Shown here piece by piece: positions 21,140-30,600 of a stretch of 64,000 nucleotides of DNA. Under the pieces are notes generated by a model. That model saw only the letters and a list, made by a program, of their open reading frames with translations. It was not told the DNA's origin and ran no database searches. Position 1 is the first letter of the stretch; each line of letters opens with the position of its first letter. Source of the stretch: Obrimoposthia wandeli (lineage: Eukaryota); NCBI GenBank assembly GCA_977020255.1, contig CDROCS010000253.1:2232001-2296000 (forward strand), read 5' to 3'. A program made the position numbers and the translations under genes.

Positions 21140-21165
21140 AGCCTCTGTATTCAGAGGCTTTTTTT
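21140..21165 (+). terminator. Intrinsic terminator after the fasciclin gene
   Basis: AGCCTCTG-TATT-CAGAGGCT followed by a T run. Confidence 0.85.
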
Positions 21166-21175
21166 ATGTTAAAAC

Positions 21176-21202
21176 TGATCACTTTTGGATTACTACACGT
21201 AT
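21176..21202 (+). promoter_or_regulatory. sigmaE(ChrR)-type promoter of the LON-domain gene
   Basis: TGATCA-N16-CGTAT. Confidence 0.65.
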
Positions 21203-21255
21203 ATACCCAAGCCACTTGAAGATGCATGAGTATCTTCAAGTGCAGCGGGGATACA
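21202..21255. repeat. Minimal ERIC-like hairpin (terminal repeats only)
   Basis: TATACCCAAGCCACTTGAAGATGC-ATGA-GTATCTTCAAGTG...GGGGATA. Confidence 0.7.
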
Positions 21256-21294
21256 TATGAACCACAAAACAGAAAACCCATGAGGGAATCATCC

Positions 21295-21876
21295 ATGAAG
21301 CATGCAACAGTTACTTTGCCTATATTTCCATTACCAGTGTTCCTACTGACAGAAGGTGTCACCAAATTACGTATATTTGAAGCTCGTTACTTAAAGATGG
21401 TCAGTATTGCCTCATCTGGTCAAGGCTTTGTTATTTTGTTAAATGATCAAAGTATTAAGGCTGATGATAGCAACTCTACTATGCAATGGGGCAGTTGGGT
21501 TGAGATTATTGATTTTGCTCAAGGCGATGACGGGGTCTTGGAAATCGATGTTAAGTGTAAGTCGCTGGTCATTATTAATGCAATAGAGCAAGACAGTGAA
21601 AATTTATATTTTGGTGATGTCAGTCATATTGAACATTGGTCACAACGCCATACAGATAAAACTAATGATGAGCTATCTACTTCGTTAGAAAGTCTTTTTG
21701 CAGAGAATGAAAGTCTTAATGACCTATATCCTAAAAAAGCGCTAAACGATAGCTACTGGGTGTTAGCCAGATGGCTGGAAATACTGCCAATTGAGTTAAA
21801 TGTAAAAAGTGGTTTTGTTGCTAACTATGACTTTCAAGAGGCTAAAAAGTTTGTTGAATCCGTTATTTTTAAATAG
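21295..21876 (+). CDS. LON peptidase substrate-binding (N-terminal) domain protein
   Basis: LPIFPLPVFLL..G...LRIFEARYLKMV; ATG 21295 follows GAGGGA. Confidence 0.85.
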   Translation: MKHATVTLPIFPLPVFLLTEGVTKLRIFEARYLKMVSIASSGQGFVILLNDQSIKADDSNSTMQWGSWVEIIDFAQGDDGVLEIDVKCKSLVIINAIEQDSENLYFGDVSHIEHWSQRHTDKTNDELSTSLESLFAENESLNDLYPKKALNDSYWVLARWLEILPIELNVKSGFVANYDFQEAKKFVESVIFK

Positions 21877-21943
21877 TTTGGCAATAATTATGAAATAGTG
21901 ACGAAATAGTTTTAAAATATTTTTAACTCATTTCAATGCAAAG

Positions 21944-21969
21944 TGATCCTGATATTTATTTGAACGTAT
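21944..21969 (+). promoter_or_regulatory. sigmaE(ChrR)-type autoregulatory promoter of rpoE-chrR
   Basis: TGATCC-N15-CGTAT. Confidence 0.75.
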
Positions 21970-22004
21970 AACCTAACATGTTTAAATAAATAGTGTGAAA
22001 AGCA

Positions 22005-22619
22005 ATGCAGACTAACTTGCTAAGCATAGCGACAAGTGCTAAATCTACTAATATGTCAGATAAAATAAATCACCCAGAGCTTTGCCAATGGCTTGAGTCT
22101 GTTGCCATAAGTCGAGACAAACAAGCTTTCACTCAACTGTTTAAGTTTTTTGCTCCTAAAATTCTACGTATTGCCCGTGGTAAGTTTCCCAATGAAGCAC
22201 AAGCGAATGAAGTGGTGCAAGACACTATGAGTAACGTGTGGAGAAAAGCTCACCTTTTTAATCAAGATAAGGGCGCTGTAACAACCTGGGTTTACACCAT
22301 AATGCGTAATGTTACTTTTGATATGCTTAGGAAAATCCAAGGCAATAAAGAAGATAATCTCAGTGATGATATTTGGCCCTTGGCTGAAAGTATGAGTAGT
22401 GAAGCTGAAGTGTTTGATGATCATTTAGAAAATGCCAACTTGTTAAGTGTGATAGAAGAGTTACCTCAGGCTCAACAAGACGTTGTCAAAGGGTTTTACT
22501 TTAGGGAAATGTCGCAAGAGCAGTTAGCCGCTCATCTACATTTACCACTAGGGACTGTCAAATCTCGATTACGATTAGCCCTAGGTAAACTCAAAGTAGA
22601 GTTAGGAAAAAAATTATGA
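22005..22619 (+). CDS. rpoE: ECF sigma factor, ChrR-associated sigmaE (ECF11)
   Basis: D.QAF..LF.FFAPKI, VWRKAHLF, TWVYTIMRN and LPLGTVKSRLRLAL; overlaps chrR by 4 nt. Confidence 0.9.
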   Translation: MQTNLLSIATSAKSTNMSDKINHPELCQWLESVAISRDKQAFTQLFKFFAPKILRIARGKFPNEAQANEVVQDTMSNVWRKAHLFNQDKGAVTTWVYTIMRNVTFDMLRKIQGNKEDNLSDDIWPLAESMSSEAEVFDDHLENANLLSVIEELPQAQQDVVKGFYFREMSQEQLAAHLHLPLGTVKSRLRLALGKLKVELGKKL

Positions 22620-23302
22620 TTAAGCATCACCCTAAGTTTGAGTTAATTAAAGCATTTGTTAATGGTGATTTACCTGCATCTTTATCTGCTGGTATCGCTA
22701 TTCATGCAGATATGTGTCCTGTTTGTCAGCAAACCATTGCCCAATTTACTGAACAAGTCGCTGAAAATAGCTTTGAAGAGGAGTACTTAGACCGATTTAT
22801 TGTTGATGATAATGAATCATTAGCAGCGTTGGCATCAATAGACTTTGAACACATGATTGATGATATTGTTGAATGTTCTGATATCACAGTTACTGTGCCT
22901 ACAGTTGAAAAAAACATTCGCTTTAATAATATAACTTACACCCTCCCTACAGCATTAAATAGTATGGCACTGGGTAAACATGCGCACATTGGCAAGTTAA
23001 CACGAACACGCATTCAATTGAATGAAAATGAAATCCATACCAGTTTATTGCATATACAGCCAGGTGGAGGTGTACCTGAACATACGCATAAAGGTTTTGA
23101 GCTTACGGTACTGTTAGCGGGATCATTTCATGATGAAAGTGGTGAGTATGTTAAGGGGGATTTTATCATGCTTGACAGCTCCCATCAGCATCACCCCGTT
23201 TCTACCAACGGTTGTCTTTGTTACACCGTTGCTAATGATGCACTACACTTTACCCAAGGCATAAATAAATTACTTAATCCAATAGGTTCTTTCATTTATT
23301 AG
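22616..23302 (+). CDS. chrR: ChrR anti-sigma factor
   Basis: HHP..., H..MCPVC zinc ASD and a cupin domain PEHTHKGFE..HQH.P. Confidence 0.93.
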   Translation: MIKHHPKFELIKAFVNGDLPASLSAGIAIHADMCPVCQQTIAQFTEQVAENSFEEEYLDRFIVDDNESLAALASIDFEHMIDDIVECSDITVTVPTVEKNIRFNNITYTLPTALNSMALGKHAHIGKLTRTRIQLNENEIHTSLLHIQPGGGVPEHTHKGFELTVLLAGSFHDESGEYVKGDFIMLDSSHQHHPVSTNGCLCYTVANDALHFTQGINKLLNPIGSFIY

Positions 23303-23320
23303 TCTACTAAGTTGTTTAAG

Positions 23321-23348
23321 TTAAAAATTAAAAATTAAAAATTAAAAA
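23321..23348. repeat. (TTAAAAA)x4 tandem repeat
   Basis: Four exact 7-bp units between chrR and ybgA. Confidence 0.9.
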
Positions 23349-23368
23349 TCAGATATTAGAAGGAAAGC

Positions 23369-24331
23369 ATGATGATTTATTCAGTTGATAAGAAAGATAT
23401 AGAAATTGGTATCAGTGCCTGTTTAATTGGTGAAAAAGTTCGTTTTGATGCAAGTAATAAACCGTCACACTTTTGCATTAAAGAATTTTCAGCGCATGTA
23501 TCATATAAATCATTTTGCCCAGAAGTTGCCGTAGGTTTACCCATTCCCAGACCAACTATTCGTCAAATAAAGCGTGATGATGTCATTCACGTTTCTCAAA
23601 AAGATGGCAGTGGTGATGTAACTGATGCATTAAAAGCTTATGGAAAGAAAGTAGCGAGCATGACCAAATCGTTAAGTGGTTATATTTTTTGCGCTAAAAG
23701 CCCAAGTTGCGGTATGGAAAGAGTTAAGATTTATAGCCCCGAAGGTAACTCATTACCTTCAAAAGGTATCGGTGCTTTTGCCAAAGAAATTATGGATGCT
23801 AATCCTTTATTACCTTGTGAAGAAAATGGTCGTTTGAACGATCCTTTGCTTCGTGAAAATTTTGTTGCCAGAGTATTTGCTTATAAACATTGGCAAACGG
23901 TAGTTGAATCAGGATTGACTAAACACAAGTTAACTACCTTTCATAGCCATTACAAATACACTGTGATGAGTCATGATTTAATTGCTTACAAAGAGCTGGG
24001 TCAATTATTGGCAAGAGCTGACTTACCCCTTGATGAGGTAGCCGCGCAATATATTTTAGGATTAATGACGGCACTGAAAATTATAGCGACCCGTAAAAAA
24101 CATGCTAATACACTTGCGCATATTCAAGGATATTTTTCAAAGCACTTACAAGCGAATGAAAGACAAGAGTTGTGTGAACAAATTAATGCTTATCGTGAGG
24201 GACTTATTCCGTTAATGGCCCCTTTAACGTTAATTAATCATTATTTACTGCATCACCCAAAAGATTACTTAACCAAGCAAGCATACCTTTCGCCTTATCC
24301 TGATGAGTTAAGGTTAAGATACGCTTATTAA
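23369..24331 (+). CDS. ybgA: YbgA family protein (DUF523 + DUF1722)
   Basis: IGISACLIGEKVRFD, CPEV..G, KSPSCG, EENGRL.D..LRENF and HANTL.HIQGYF motifs. Confidence 0.9.
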   Translation: MMIYSVDKKDIEIGISACLIGEKVRFDASNKPSHFCIKEFSAHVSYKSFCPEVAVGLPIPRPTIRQIKRDDVIHVSQKDGSGDVTDALKAYGKKVASMTKSLSGYIFCAKSPSCGMERVKIYSPEGNSLPSKGIGAFAKEIMDANPLLPCEENGRLNDPLLRENFVARVFAYKHWQTVVESGLTKHKLTTFHSHYKYTVMSHDLIAYKELGQLLARADLPLDEVAAQYILGLMTALKIIATRKKHANTLAHIQGYFSKHLQANERQELCEQINAYREGLIPLMAPLTLINHYLLHHPKDYLTKQAYLSPYPDELRLRYAY

Positions 24332-24440
24332 TCGCTTGTAAAGCGACTTAACTTAAGTCGCTTTACGTACCGTTCAACTAACCACCATTTATGCATCAAC
24401 ATAACATCATTGATGTTTTAACCGTACTTAAGGAATCCCC

Positions 24441-25868
24441 TTGTTACTTTGGTTTCGTAATGATCTTCGCACGCACGACAATCCCGCTTTACACTATTTC
24501 CTTAGTCGTAACTTTATAAGCCAAAAACCCCTGAAGCAACATGATTCAAAAGCACCAGGTAAAGCCATTTTTTTTGTTAGTGAACCACAATGGCAACAAC
24601 ATGATTGGTCGCCAATAAAAATAGATTTTATTAAGCGACATGCTCAAGCACTTGTGAAAGAACTAGCGCTATTAAATATCGAACTCGAATTAATTGAACT
24701 TGATAATTTCAGTCAGCAACAAGCTTATTTAAATGAATATTGTCAGCAGCATAATATTACTGAAATAGTCGCTAATAGTGAGGTTGAGTTCAATGAGCAG
24801 CAACGCGACAAAGCAATAGTCTCTGATGGTATCCCATTAACCTTATTTGAAGCCGACGTGATTGTACCTAAAGGTAAAGTCCTTAATCAATCCGGTATTA
24901 TGTATAAGGTTTTTACACCGTTCAAACGTGCTTGGTTAACCTATGTTCAACAAGCCGGTTTTGAATATTTAGGCAAAGTATCCAATACCACAGTAACGTC
25001 AACTTTACTTTCAACAAGTACCGATAATGATTGTGAAAAGTCAGACAATATATCGGATGCTTGGCCATTATCAACTGTTTTTGAACAACAAGTACTGCCA
25101 GCTTTTTATCAAGAAAAAATTAGTACTTACAAGGGGAATAGAGATATTCCATCAATTAAGGGAACGTCGGGTATTTCACCTTACTTAGCGACGGGTGTCA
25201 TAAGTCCTCGTTATGTACTTCGCTTATTACTTAACAAGTACCCCGATCTTTTACTGGCAGCAGACAGTGAAGAATTTTCATGGTTGAATGAAATTATTTG
25301 GCGTGAATTTTATCGACACCTGATTTTTCATGAGCCAAGGTTATGTAAACATCAGTGTTATAAAGAAAATTATCAAGGTACTCATTGGCATAACGATGTC
25401 ATATTATTTAATGCTTGGTGTCAGGGGAAAACTGGCTACCCACTTGTAGATGCGGCAATGAGACAGCTCAATCAAACCGGTTGGATGCATAATCGACTTC
25501 GTATGGTGGTCGCCAGCTTTCTAACTAAACACTTGTTAATTGATTGGAGACTAGGTGAAAAGTACTTTATGCGACACTTGATTGATGGCGATTTAGCCTC
25601 AAATAATGGTGGCTGGCAATGGGCGGCTAGCACAGGTTGTGACGCGCAACCTTACTTTAGAATATTTAATCCTATTAGACAAAGTGAACGTTTTGATCCA
25701 AAGGGCGTGTTCATACGTAAGTATATACCAGAGCTTGCAGCTGTTTCTGATAAGGCAATTCATTTCCCTCATCAGTATATTGATGATCATAAGCTTAATA
25801 TTTATTGGCCGGCGATTGTTGAACATAAAGAAGCAAGAATAAAAGCGTTAGCTTTTTATAAAGTGTAA
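24441..25868 (+). CDS. phrB: Deoxyribodipyrimidine photolyase
   Basis: WFRNDLRTHDNPAL, TSGISPYL, WREFY, GWMHNRLRM and N.GGWQWAASTG.D motifs. Confidence 0.95.
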   Translation: MLLWFRNDLRTHDNPALHYFLSRNFISQKPLKQHDSKAPGKAIFFVSEPQWQQHDWSPIKIDFIKRHAQALVKELALLNIELELIELDNFSQQQAYLNEYCQQHNITEIVANSEVEFNEQQRDKAIVSDGIPLTLFEADVIVPKGKVLNQSGIMYKVFTPFKRAWLTYVQQAGFEYLGKVSNTTVTSTLLSTSTDNDCEKSDNISDAWPLSTVFEQQVLPAFYQEKISTYKGNRDIPSIKGTSGISPYLATGVISPRYVLRLLLNKYPDLLLAADSEEFSWLNEIIWREFYRHLIFHEPRLCKHQCYKENYQGTHWHNDVILFNAWCQGKTGYPLVDAAMRQLNQTGWMHNRLRMVVASFLTKHLLIDWRLGEKYFMRHLIDGDLASNNGGWQWAASTGCDAQPYFRIFNPIRQSERFDPKGVFIRKYIPELAAVSDKAIHFPHQYIDDHKLNIYWPAIVEHKEARIKALAFYKV

Positions 25869-25937
25869 ATAGTAATTAACGCAGCCATTAAAGTGCTAAG
25901 ACAGTCGTTTTAAGGTCACTGTCATTAAGGGAATGAA

Positions 25938-26399
25938 ATGGAAAACAAAAAGTTAGCTTCGACCCTCCAAGGTTCACCTTTGTGGCTCAGTAGTTTTGTG
26001 ACTGTTTATCAACAATTGTCAAAAGATAACCTGAATTTATTGGCAGCTATTTACCATGAAAAAGTGACCTTTATTGATCCTATTCATCACGTAGAAGGTT
26101 TTAAAGATTTATATCAATACTTTGAAAATCTCTACCAGAATTTGTCTTCTTGTGAATTCATTATTGATAATGTGATTTGGCAGGATTCACAGGCCTCAAT
26201 ATTTTGGACCATGACTTATCAACACCCCAAGCTGAATAAAGGTAAAACTGTCATTGTTCTGGGTACCTCACATATTAAGGGGCAAGGCGATAAGGTTATT
26301 TATCATCGAGACTACCTAGATTTAGGTGCCATGCTTTATGAGCAACTACCGGTATTGGGCAAGCTTACTAAATGGATAAAAACTAAGGCAGCTAGCTAA
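25938..26399 (+). CDS. NTF2/SnoaL-like protein
   Basis: F.DPIH.VEG, WTMTY.HPKL and HRDYLDLGAMLYEQLP.LG motifs. Confidence 0.85.
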   Translation: MENKKLASTLQGSPLWLSSFVTVYQQLSKDNLNLLAAIYHEKVTFIDPIHHVEGFKDLYQYFENLYQNLSSCEFIIDNVIWQDSQASIFWTMTYQHPKLNKGKTVIVLGTSHIKGQGDKVIYHRDYLDLGAMLYEQLPVLGKLTKWIKTKAAS

Positions 26400-27139
26400 T
26401 GACTACTCAAAACGTTTTGATCACTGGTGCAACATCAGGTATTGGAATGGCGTTATTTGAAAAGTACACAGCTCAAGGTGATAACGTGATTGCCTGTGGC
26501 CGAGACCAAGAAAAAATCTCTCGCCTTGAGTCACGTGCTTTTAATATTTGTTTGTTTGATATTACTGAACCCACGCAAATAGCATCTGCGTCACAATATG
26601 TTGATGAGCTAGACATACTTATTTTAAATGCAGGTGATTGTCGTTATGTTGATGACGTTAAAAATTTTGATGGCGAATTATTCTCTAGTATTATTGACAC
26701 CAACCTTTCTTCTTTAGGTGCTTTACTGCAATATTTTTTACCTAAAGTGAAAAAAGGCGGGCAAGTAGTCTTTGTAAGCTCAAGTGCCACTATTTTGCCT
26801 TTTCCACGTAGTGAAGCTTATGGCGCATCTAAGGCTGGTATGGACTATTTAGCCAATAGTTTACGACTTGATCTCGTTGAGCATAGCATTGGCGTTACCT
26901 TAGTACACCCTGGTTTTATTCGTACCCCTTTAACGGATAAAAATGATTTCGCGATGCCTTTTCTACTGACCAGTGAAGCAGCAGCAAGCAGAATAATAAC
27001 GGGGATTGAAAAACGTAAAAAATATCTGCACTTTCCCAAACGGTTGACGCTTATTATGAAATTCTTCTCCTTTTTACCATCGTCTTTATGGCAATCACTT
27101 ATTCTCAGAAATAATCAGACTAGGGAAGATAAAGCATGA
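26399..27139 (+). CDS. Short-chain dehydrogenase/reductase
   Basis: ITGATSGIG, LNAG and AYGASK motifs. Confidence 0.92.
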   Translation: MTTQNVLITGATSGIGMALFEKYTAQGDNVIACGRDQEKISRLESRAFNICLFDITEPTQIASASQYVDELDILILNAGDCRYVDDVKNFDGELFSSIIDTNLSSLGALLQYFLPKVKKGGQVVFVSSSATILPFPRSEAYGASKAGMDYLANSLRLDLVEHSIGVTLVHPGFIRTPLTDKNDFAMPFLLTSEAAASRIITGIEKRKKYLHFPKRLTLIMKFFSFLPSSLWQSLILRNNQTREDKA

Positions 27140-28434
27140 AACATTTTGCCATTATAGGCTCAGGTATTTCCGGATTAACAGCAGCCTATTTATTATCAAA
27201 AAAACACAAGGTCACCGTCTTTGAGAAAAATGATGGTATTGGCGGGCATACGGCCACAGTGGATATAGAAAAATCAGGTGAGAAATTTTCCATAGATACC
27301 GGGTTTATTGTCTTTAATGATCGAACATATCCTAATTTTTTAGCTTTATTAGATGAAATAGGTATAGGTAAAATACCGACTGAAATGAGTTTTTCTGTAC
27401 ACAACTGTCATACAGGCATGGAATACAATGGCCATAATTTAGATACGTTATTTGCTCAGCGACGAAATATCTTCAGACCAAGATTTTGGTTGTTAGTTAA
27501 AGAAATTTTACGTTTCAATAAACTATGTAAAAGTATTTATGGGCAAGATCAATATATTGATGGTTTAACATTAGGTAGTTTTTTAACTGAACATAGTTTT
27601 AGTGATTTTTTTGCAGAGCATTATATTTTGCCAATGGGCGCGGCTATTTGGTCTAGCTCACTAGCGCAGATGGAAGATTTTGAATTTAAATTTTTTGTAA
27701 AGTTTTTTCATAACCATGGCTTATTAAATATTGCTGATAGACCTCAATGGTATGTGATCCCAAAAGGATCCCGTAGCTATCTAACACCATTGTGTGCGCC
27801 TTTTAAAGATAATATTAATGTTAATTCCAACATTACTGGCATTACTCGAGGTGATGATAAAGTACATTTACACTTTAAAGATTCACCTAGTCAAACGTTT
27901 GATGAAGTGGTTATTGCTTGTCATTCTGACCAAGCACTGGCCTTATTAGCTGATGCAAGCAAAGATGAAAGCTCAGTGTTATCAGCTATGCCTTATAGTG
28001 CAAACACCGTTGTACTACATACCGATAAAAAACTATTACCTAAACGTGAAAAAGCCTGGGCAAGTTGGAACTATCAGCTAAACCATAATCGTGGTAATAA
28101 CAGCAGCCATAACCGCAGTGCAGCCGCTAGCGTTACTTACAATATGAATATATTGCAAGGCATTCAAAGTAAACATACCTTTTGCGTTACCTTAAATCAA
28201 AAAGATGACATAGACCCCAAAGAAATATTAAGGGAGTTTACCTATCACCATCCTGTTTTTTCCGCAGACTCGATGAAAGCTCAACAGAAGAGACATACTA
28301 TTTGTGGGCTCAATCATACCCATTTTGCTGGTGCTTATTGGCACAGTGGTTTTCATGAAGACGGTGTAAGAAGTGCCGTTGAAGTTGCTGAACGGTTTGA
28401 TTGTTATATAGGTGTAACTGATGAACATGCCTAA
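27136..28434 (+). CDS. FAD-dependent oxidoreductase (RSP_1091/UfaD-like)
   Basis: IIGSGISG, GGHTATV, DTGFIVFN.RTYP, ASWNY and GAYWHSGFHEDG motifs. Confidence 0.88.
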   Translation: MKHFAIIGSGISGLTAAYLLSKKHKVTVFEKNDGIGGHTATVDIEKSGEKFSIDTGFIVFNDRTYPNFLALLDEIGIGKIPTEMSFSVHNCHTGMEYNGHNLDTLFAQRRNIFRPRFWLLVKEILRFNKLCKSIYGQDQYIDGLTLGSFLTEHSFSDFFAEHYILPMGAAIWSSSLAQMEDFEFKFFVKFFHNHGLLNIADRPQWYVIPKGSRSYLTPLCAPFKDNINVNSNITGITRGDDKVHLHFKDSPSQTFDEVVIACHSDQALALLADASKDESSVLSAMPYSANTVVLHTDKKLLPKREKAWASWNYQLNHNRGNNSSHNRSAAASVTYNMNILQGIQSKHTFCVTLNQKDDIDPKEILREFTYHHPVFSADSMKAQQKRHTICGLNHTHFAGAYWHSGFHEDGVRSAVEVAERFDCYIGVTDEHA

Positions 28435-29203
28435 TTCATTTAGTCATAGCCATATTTACCTAGGTAATGTTATGCACCGACGTTTTAGTCCTAAAAAGCA
28501 TAGCTTTGATTACCGTTTATTTATGTTGGCGCTCGATGTTGCTGATGTTGAAAAGGCGCAAGGTGGTTTTGGCGTGTTTGGCTTTTCTTGGTATCGACCA
28601 TTACGTTTTGTTGAAAAAGACTACCTCGCAGGTGATCCTTATCCATTGAGTGACCGTATAAAAAATAAAGTAGAGCAATTAGCAGGCCACGCAGATATAA
28701 AAAGAATGGTTATGTTGGTACAAGTTAGGTGCTTTGGTATTTACTTTAGTCCTGCTAATTTTTATTTTTGCTACGACCATAATGATAAATGTACACAAAT
28801 GCTCGCAGAAGTGAGTAATACACCTTGGAATGAACGTCATTATTATTTAGTCGATCTGTTAAATGAAGATGGCGATAAAACCACTAAAAAAAAGTTTCAA
28901 GTTTCACCGTTTATGGACTTAGCAATGACTTACTTTTGGCAGGTAAAACCGCCGTGTAACATTGATGATAAATTGCTTGTTAAAATTGAAAGCAAAAGAG
29001 TTGATGAACAAAGTGGCAAGGTGAGCAAGTTATTTGATGCGAGTTTAGTGATGAGGAGAAAACCCTTCACTAAAAACAGTTTACTGCGTATTTGGTGTCA
29101 GCTACCGGTTATGACGGTGAAAGTTGTAGTAAGTATTTATTGGCAAGCATTAAAGCTATTTGTTAAACGTGTGCCTTTTATTGGTTATCAAAAAGCTGAC
29201 TAG
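28421..29203 (+). CDS. DUF1365 family protein (RSP_1090/UfaO-like)
   Basis: Y.G.V.HRRF.PK.H.F.Y, FSP.NFYFC, EVSNTPW.ERH.Y, K.FQVSPFM and IYWQALKL motifs. Confidence 0.9.
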   Translation: MNMPNSFSHSHIYLGNVMHRRFSPKKHSFDYRLFMLALDVADVEKAQGGFGVFGFSWYRPLRFVEKDYLAGDPYPLSDRIKNKVEQLAGHADIKRMVMLVQVRCFGIYFSPANFYFCYDHNDKCTQMLAEVSNTPWNERHYYLVDLLNEDGDKTTKKKFQVSPFMDLAMTYFWQVKPPCNIDDKLLVKIESKRVDEQSGKVSKLFDASLVMRRKPFTKNSLLRIWCQLPVMTVKVVVSIYWQALKLFVKRVPFIGYQKAD

Positions 29204-29256
29204 TTGTGGCTATTCAATTTTTAAAAACGTTAAGACTTATAAAATCAGGAGATACC

Positions 29257-30483
29257 ATGGAACAAATTGAAGGGAGTAGGGTATTAAAAGACGCTAACTG
29301 GTTAGATAAGCGCTGCCGCAGTTTAGTGCTGGGTATTTTTTCAAAGCTTACTTATGGTCAATTAGAGATTGTTGAAGGCTCTGTTCATTCTTATTTTCCT
29401 GATAATGTTAATGAAAAAAGTATTAAAGGTAAAATACAAATAAATGATCCTAGTGTCTATCGTGACTTTGTTAAAGGTGGCAGTATTGGTGCAGCAGAGG
29501 CTTTTATTGATGGTAAATGGAGTAGCCCCAATTTAACCAATGTTATTAGAGTGTTTGCCAAAGCCCAGCAACAAACTGATAGCCTTGAAGCAAATAAGTC
29601 TTGGTTGAATAGGTTTAAAAACAGCGTCAGTCATTGGCAAAATAGAAATACCCAATCAGGTTCAAAGCGTAATATATTGGCCCATTATGATTTAGGCAAT
29701 GAGCTATACACACGTTTTTTAGACCCAGATATGATGTATTCATCTGCTATTTATCCGACAGAAAATGCGTCTTTAGATGAGGCTCAACAACATAAACTGG
29801 CAACTATATGCCAACGATTATCACTGAATAAACATGATCACTTACTGGAAATAGGTACTGGGTGGGGTGGTTTAGCTATTTATGCAGCTCAGAATTATGG
29901 TTGTCGTGTCACCACAACGACTATCTCAGATGCACAGTATATCTATGCACAGGCTCGTATAGAAAAGTTAGGATTAGCAGATAAAATTACCTTACTTAAA
30001 AAGGATTATCGCGATTTAACGGGGATCTTTGATAAAGTGGTTTCGATTGAGATGATAGAAGCGGTTGGTTATGATTTTTTACCTAGCTTTTTTAAGCAGT
30101 GTAATAATCGACTAAAAGTTGGCGGTAAGTTGCTAATTCAATCAATAACCATTGCCGACCAACGTTTTAGTTATTACAAAAACAATGTGGATTTTATCCA
30201 ACGCTATATATTCCCTGGTGGATTTTTACCGTCAGTGAATGTGTTGACTCAAAGTCTTACTGACCACAGTGAACTGGTTGTTGAGTCCCTTGATGATATT
30301 GGCCTTGATTACGCGAAAACCTTGTCACATTGGCGAGAAAACTTTTTAGCATCCTGGTCAACACTGACCCCCTTGGGCTACGATGAAACGTTTAAACGAC
30401 TATGGCTTTATTACTTTGCTTACTGTGAAGGAGCCTTTTTAGAGCGATCAACCAGTACGATTCACTTGCTGGCTAGAAAGTAG
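29257..30483 (+). CDS. cfa: Cyclopropane-fatty-acyl-phospholipid synthase family methyltransferase
   Basis: NILAHYDLGN, MYSSA, LLEIGTGWGG, SIEMIEAVG and YIFPGG.LP motifs; ATG 29257 follows CAGGAG. Confidence 0.93.
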   Translation: MEQIEGSRVLKDANWLDKRCRSLVLGIFSKLTYGQLEIVEGSVHSYFPDNVNEKSIKGKIQINDPSVYRDFVKGGSIGAAEAFIDGKWSSPNLTNVIRVFAKAQQQTDSLEANKSWLNRFKNSVSHWQNRNTQSGSKRNILAHYDLGNELYTRFLDPDMMYSSAIYPTENASLDEAQQHKLATICQRLSLNKHDHLLEIGTGWGGLAIYAAQNYGCRVTTTTISDAQYIYAQARIEKLGLADKITLLKKDYRDLTGIFDKVVSIEMIEAVGYDFLPSFFKQCNNRLKVGGKLLIQSITIADQRFSYYKNNVDFIQRYIFPGGFLPSVNVLTQSLTDHSELVVESLDDIGLDYAKTLSHWRENFLASWSTLTPLGYDETFKRLWLYYFAYCEGAFLERSTSTIHLLARK

Positions 30484-30600
30484 GTATTGCTTTGATTTGT
30501 TCAGAGGGAGTAGGTAATTGAAATTTACCTACTTACCTATTCAACAGATATTTTATATCTGTTATGTGTCCAGAGTATCATCCTACACCTCATCAGTTGG

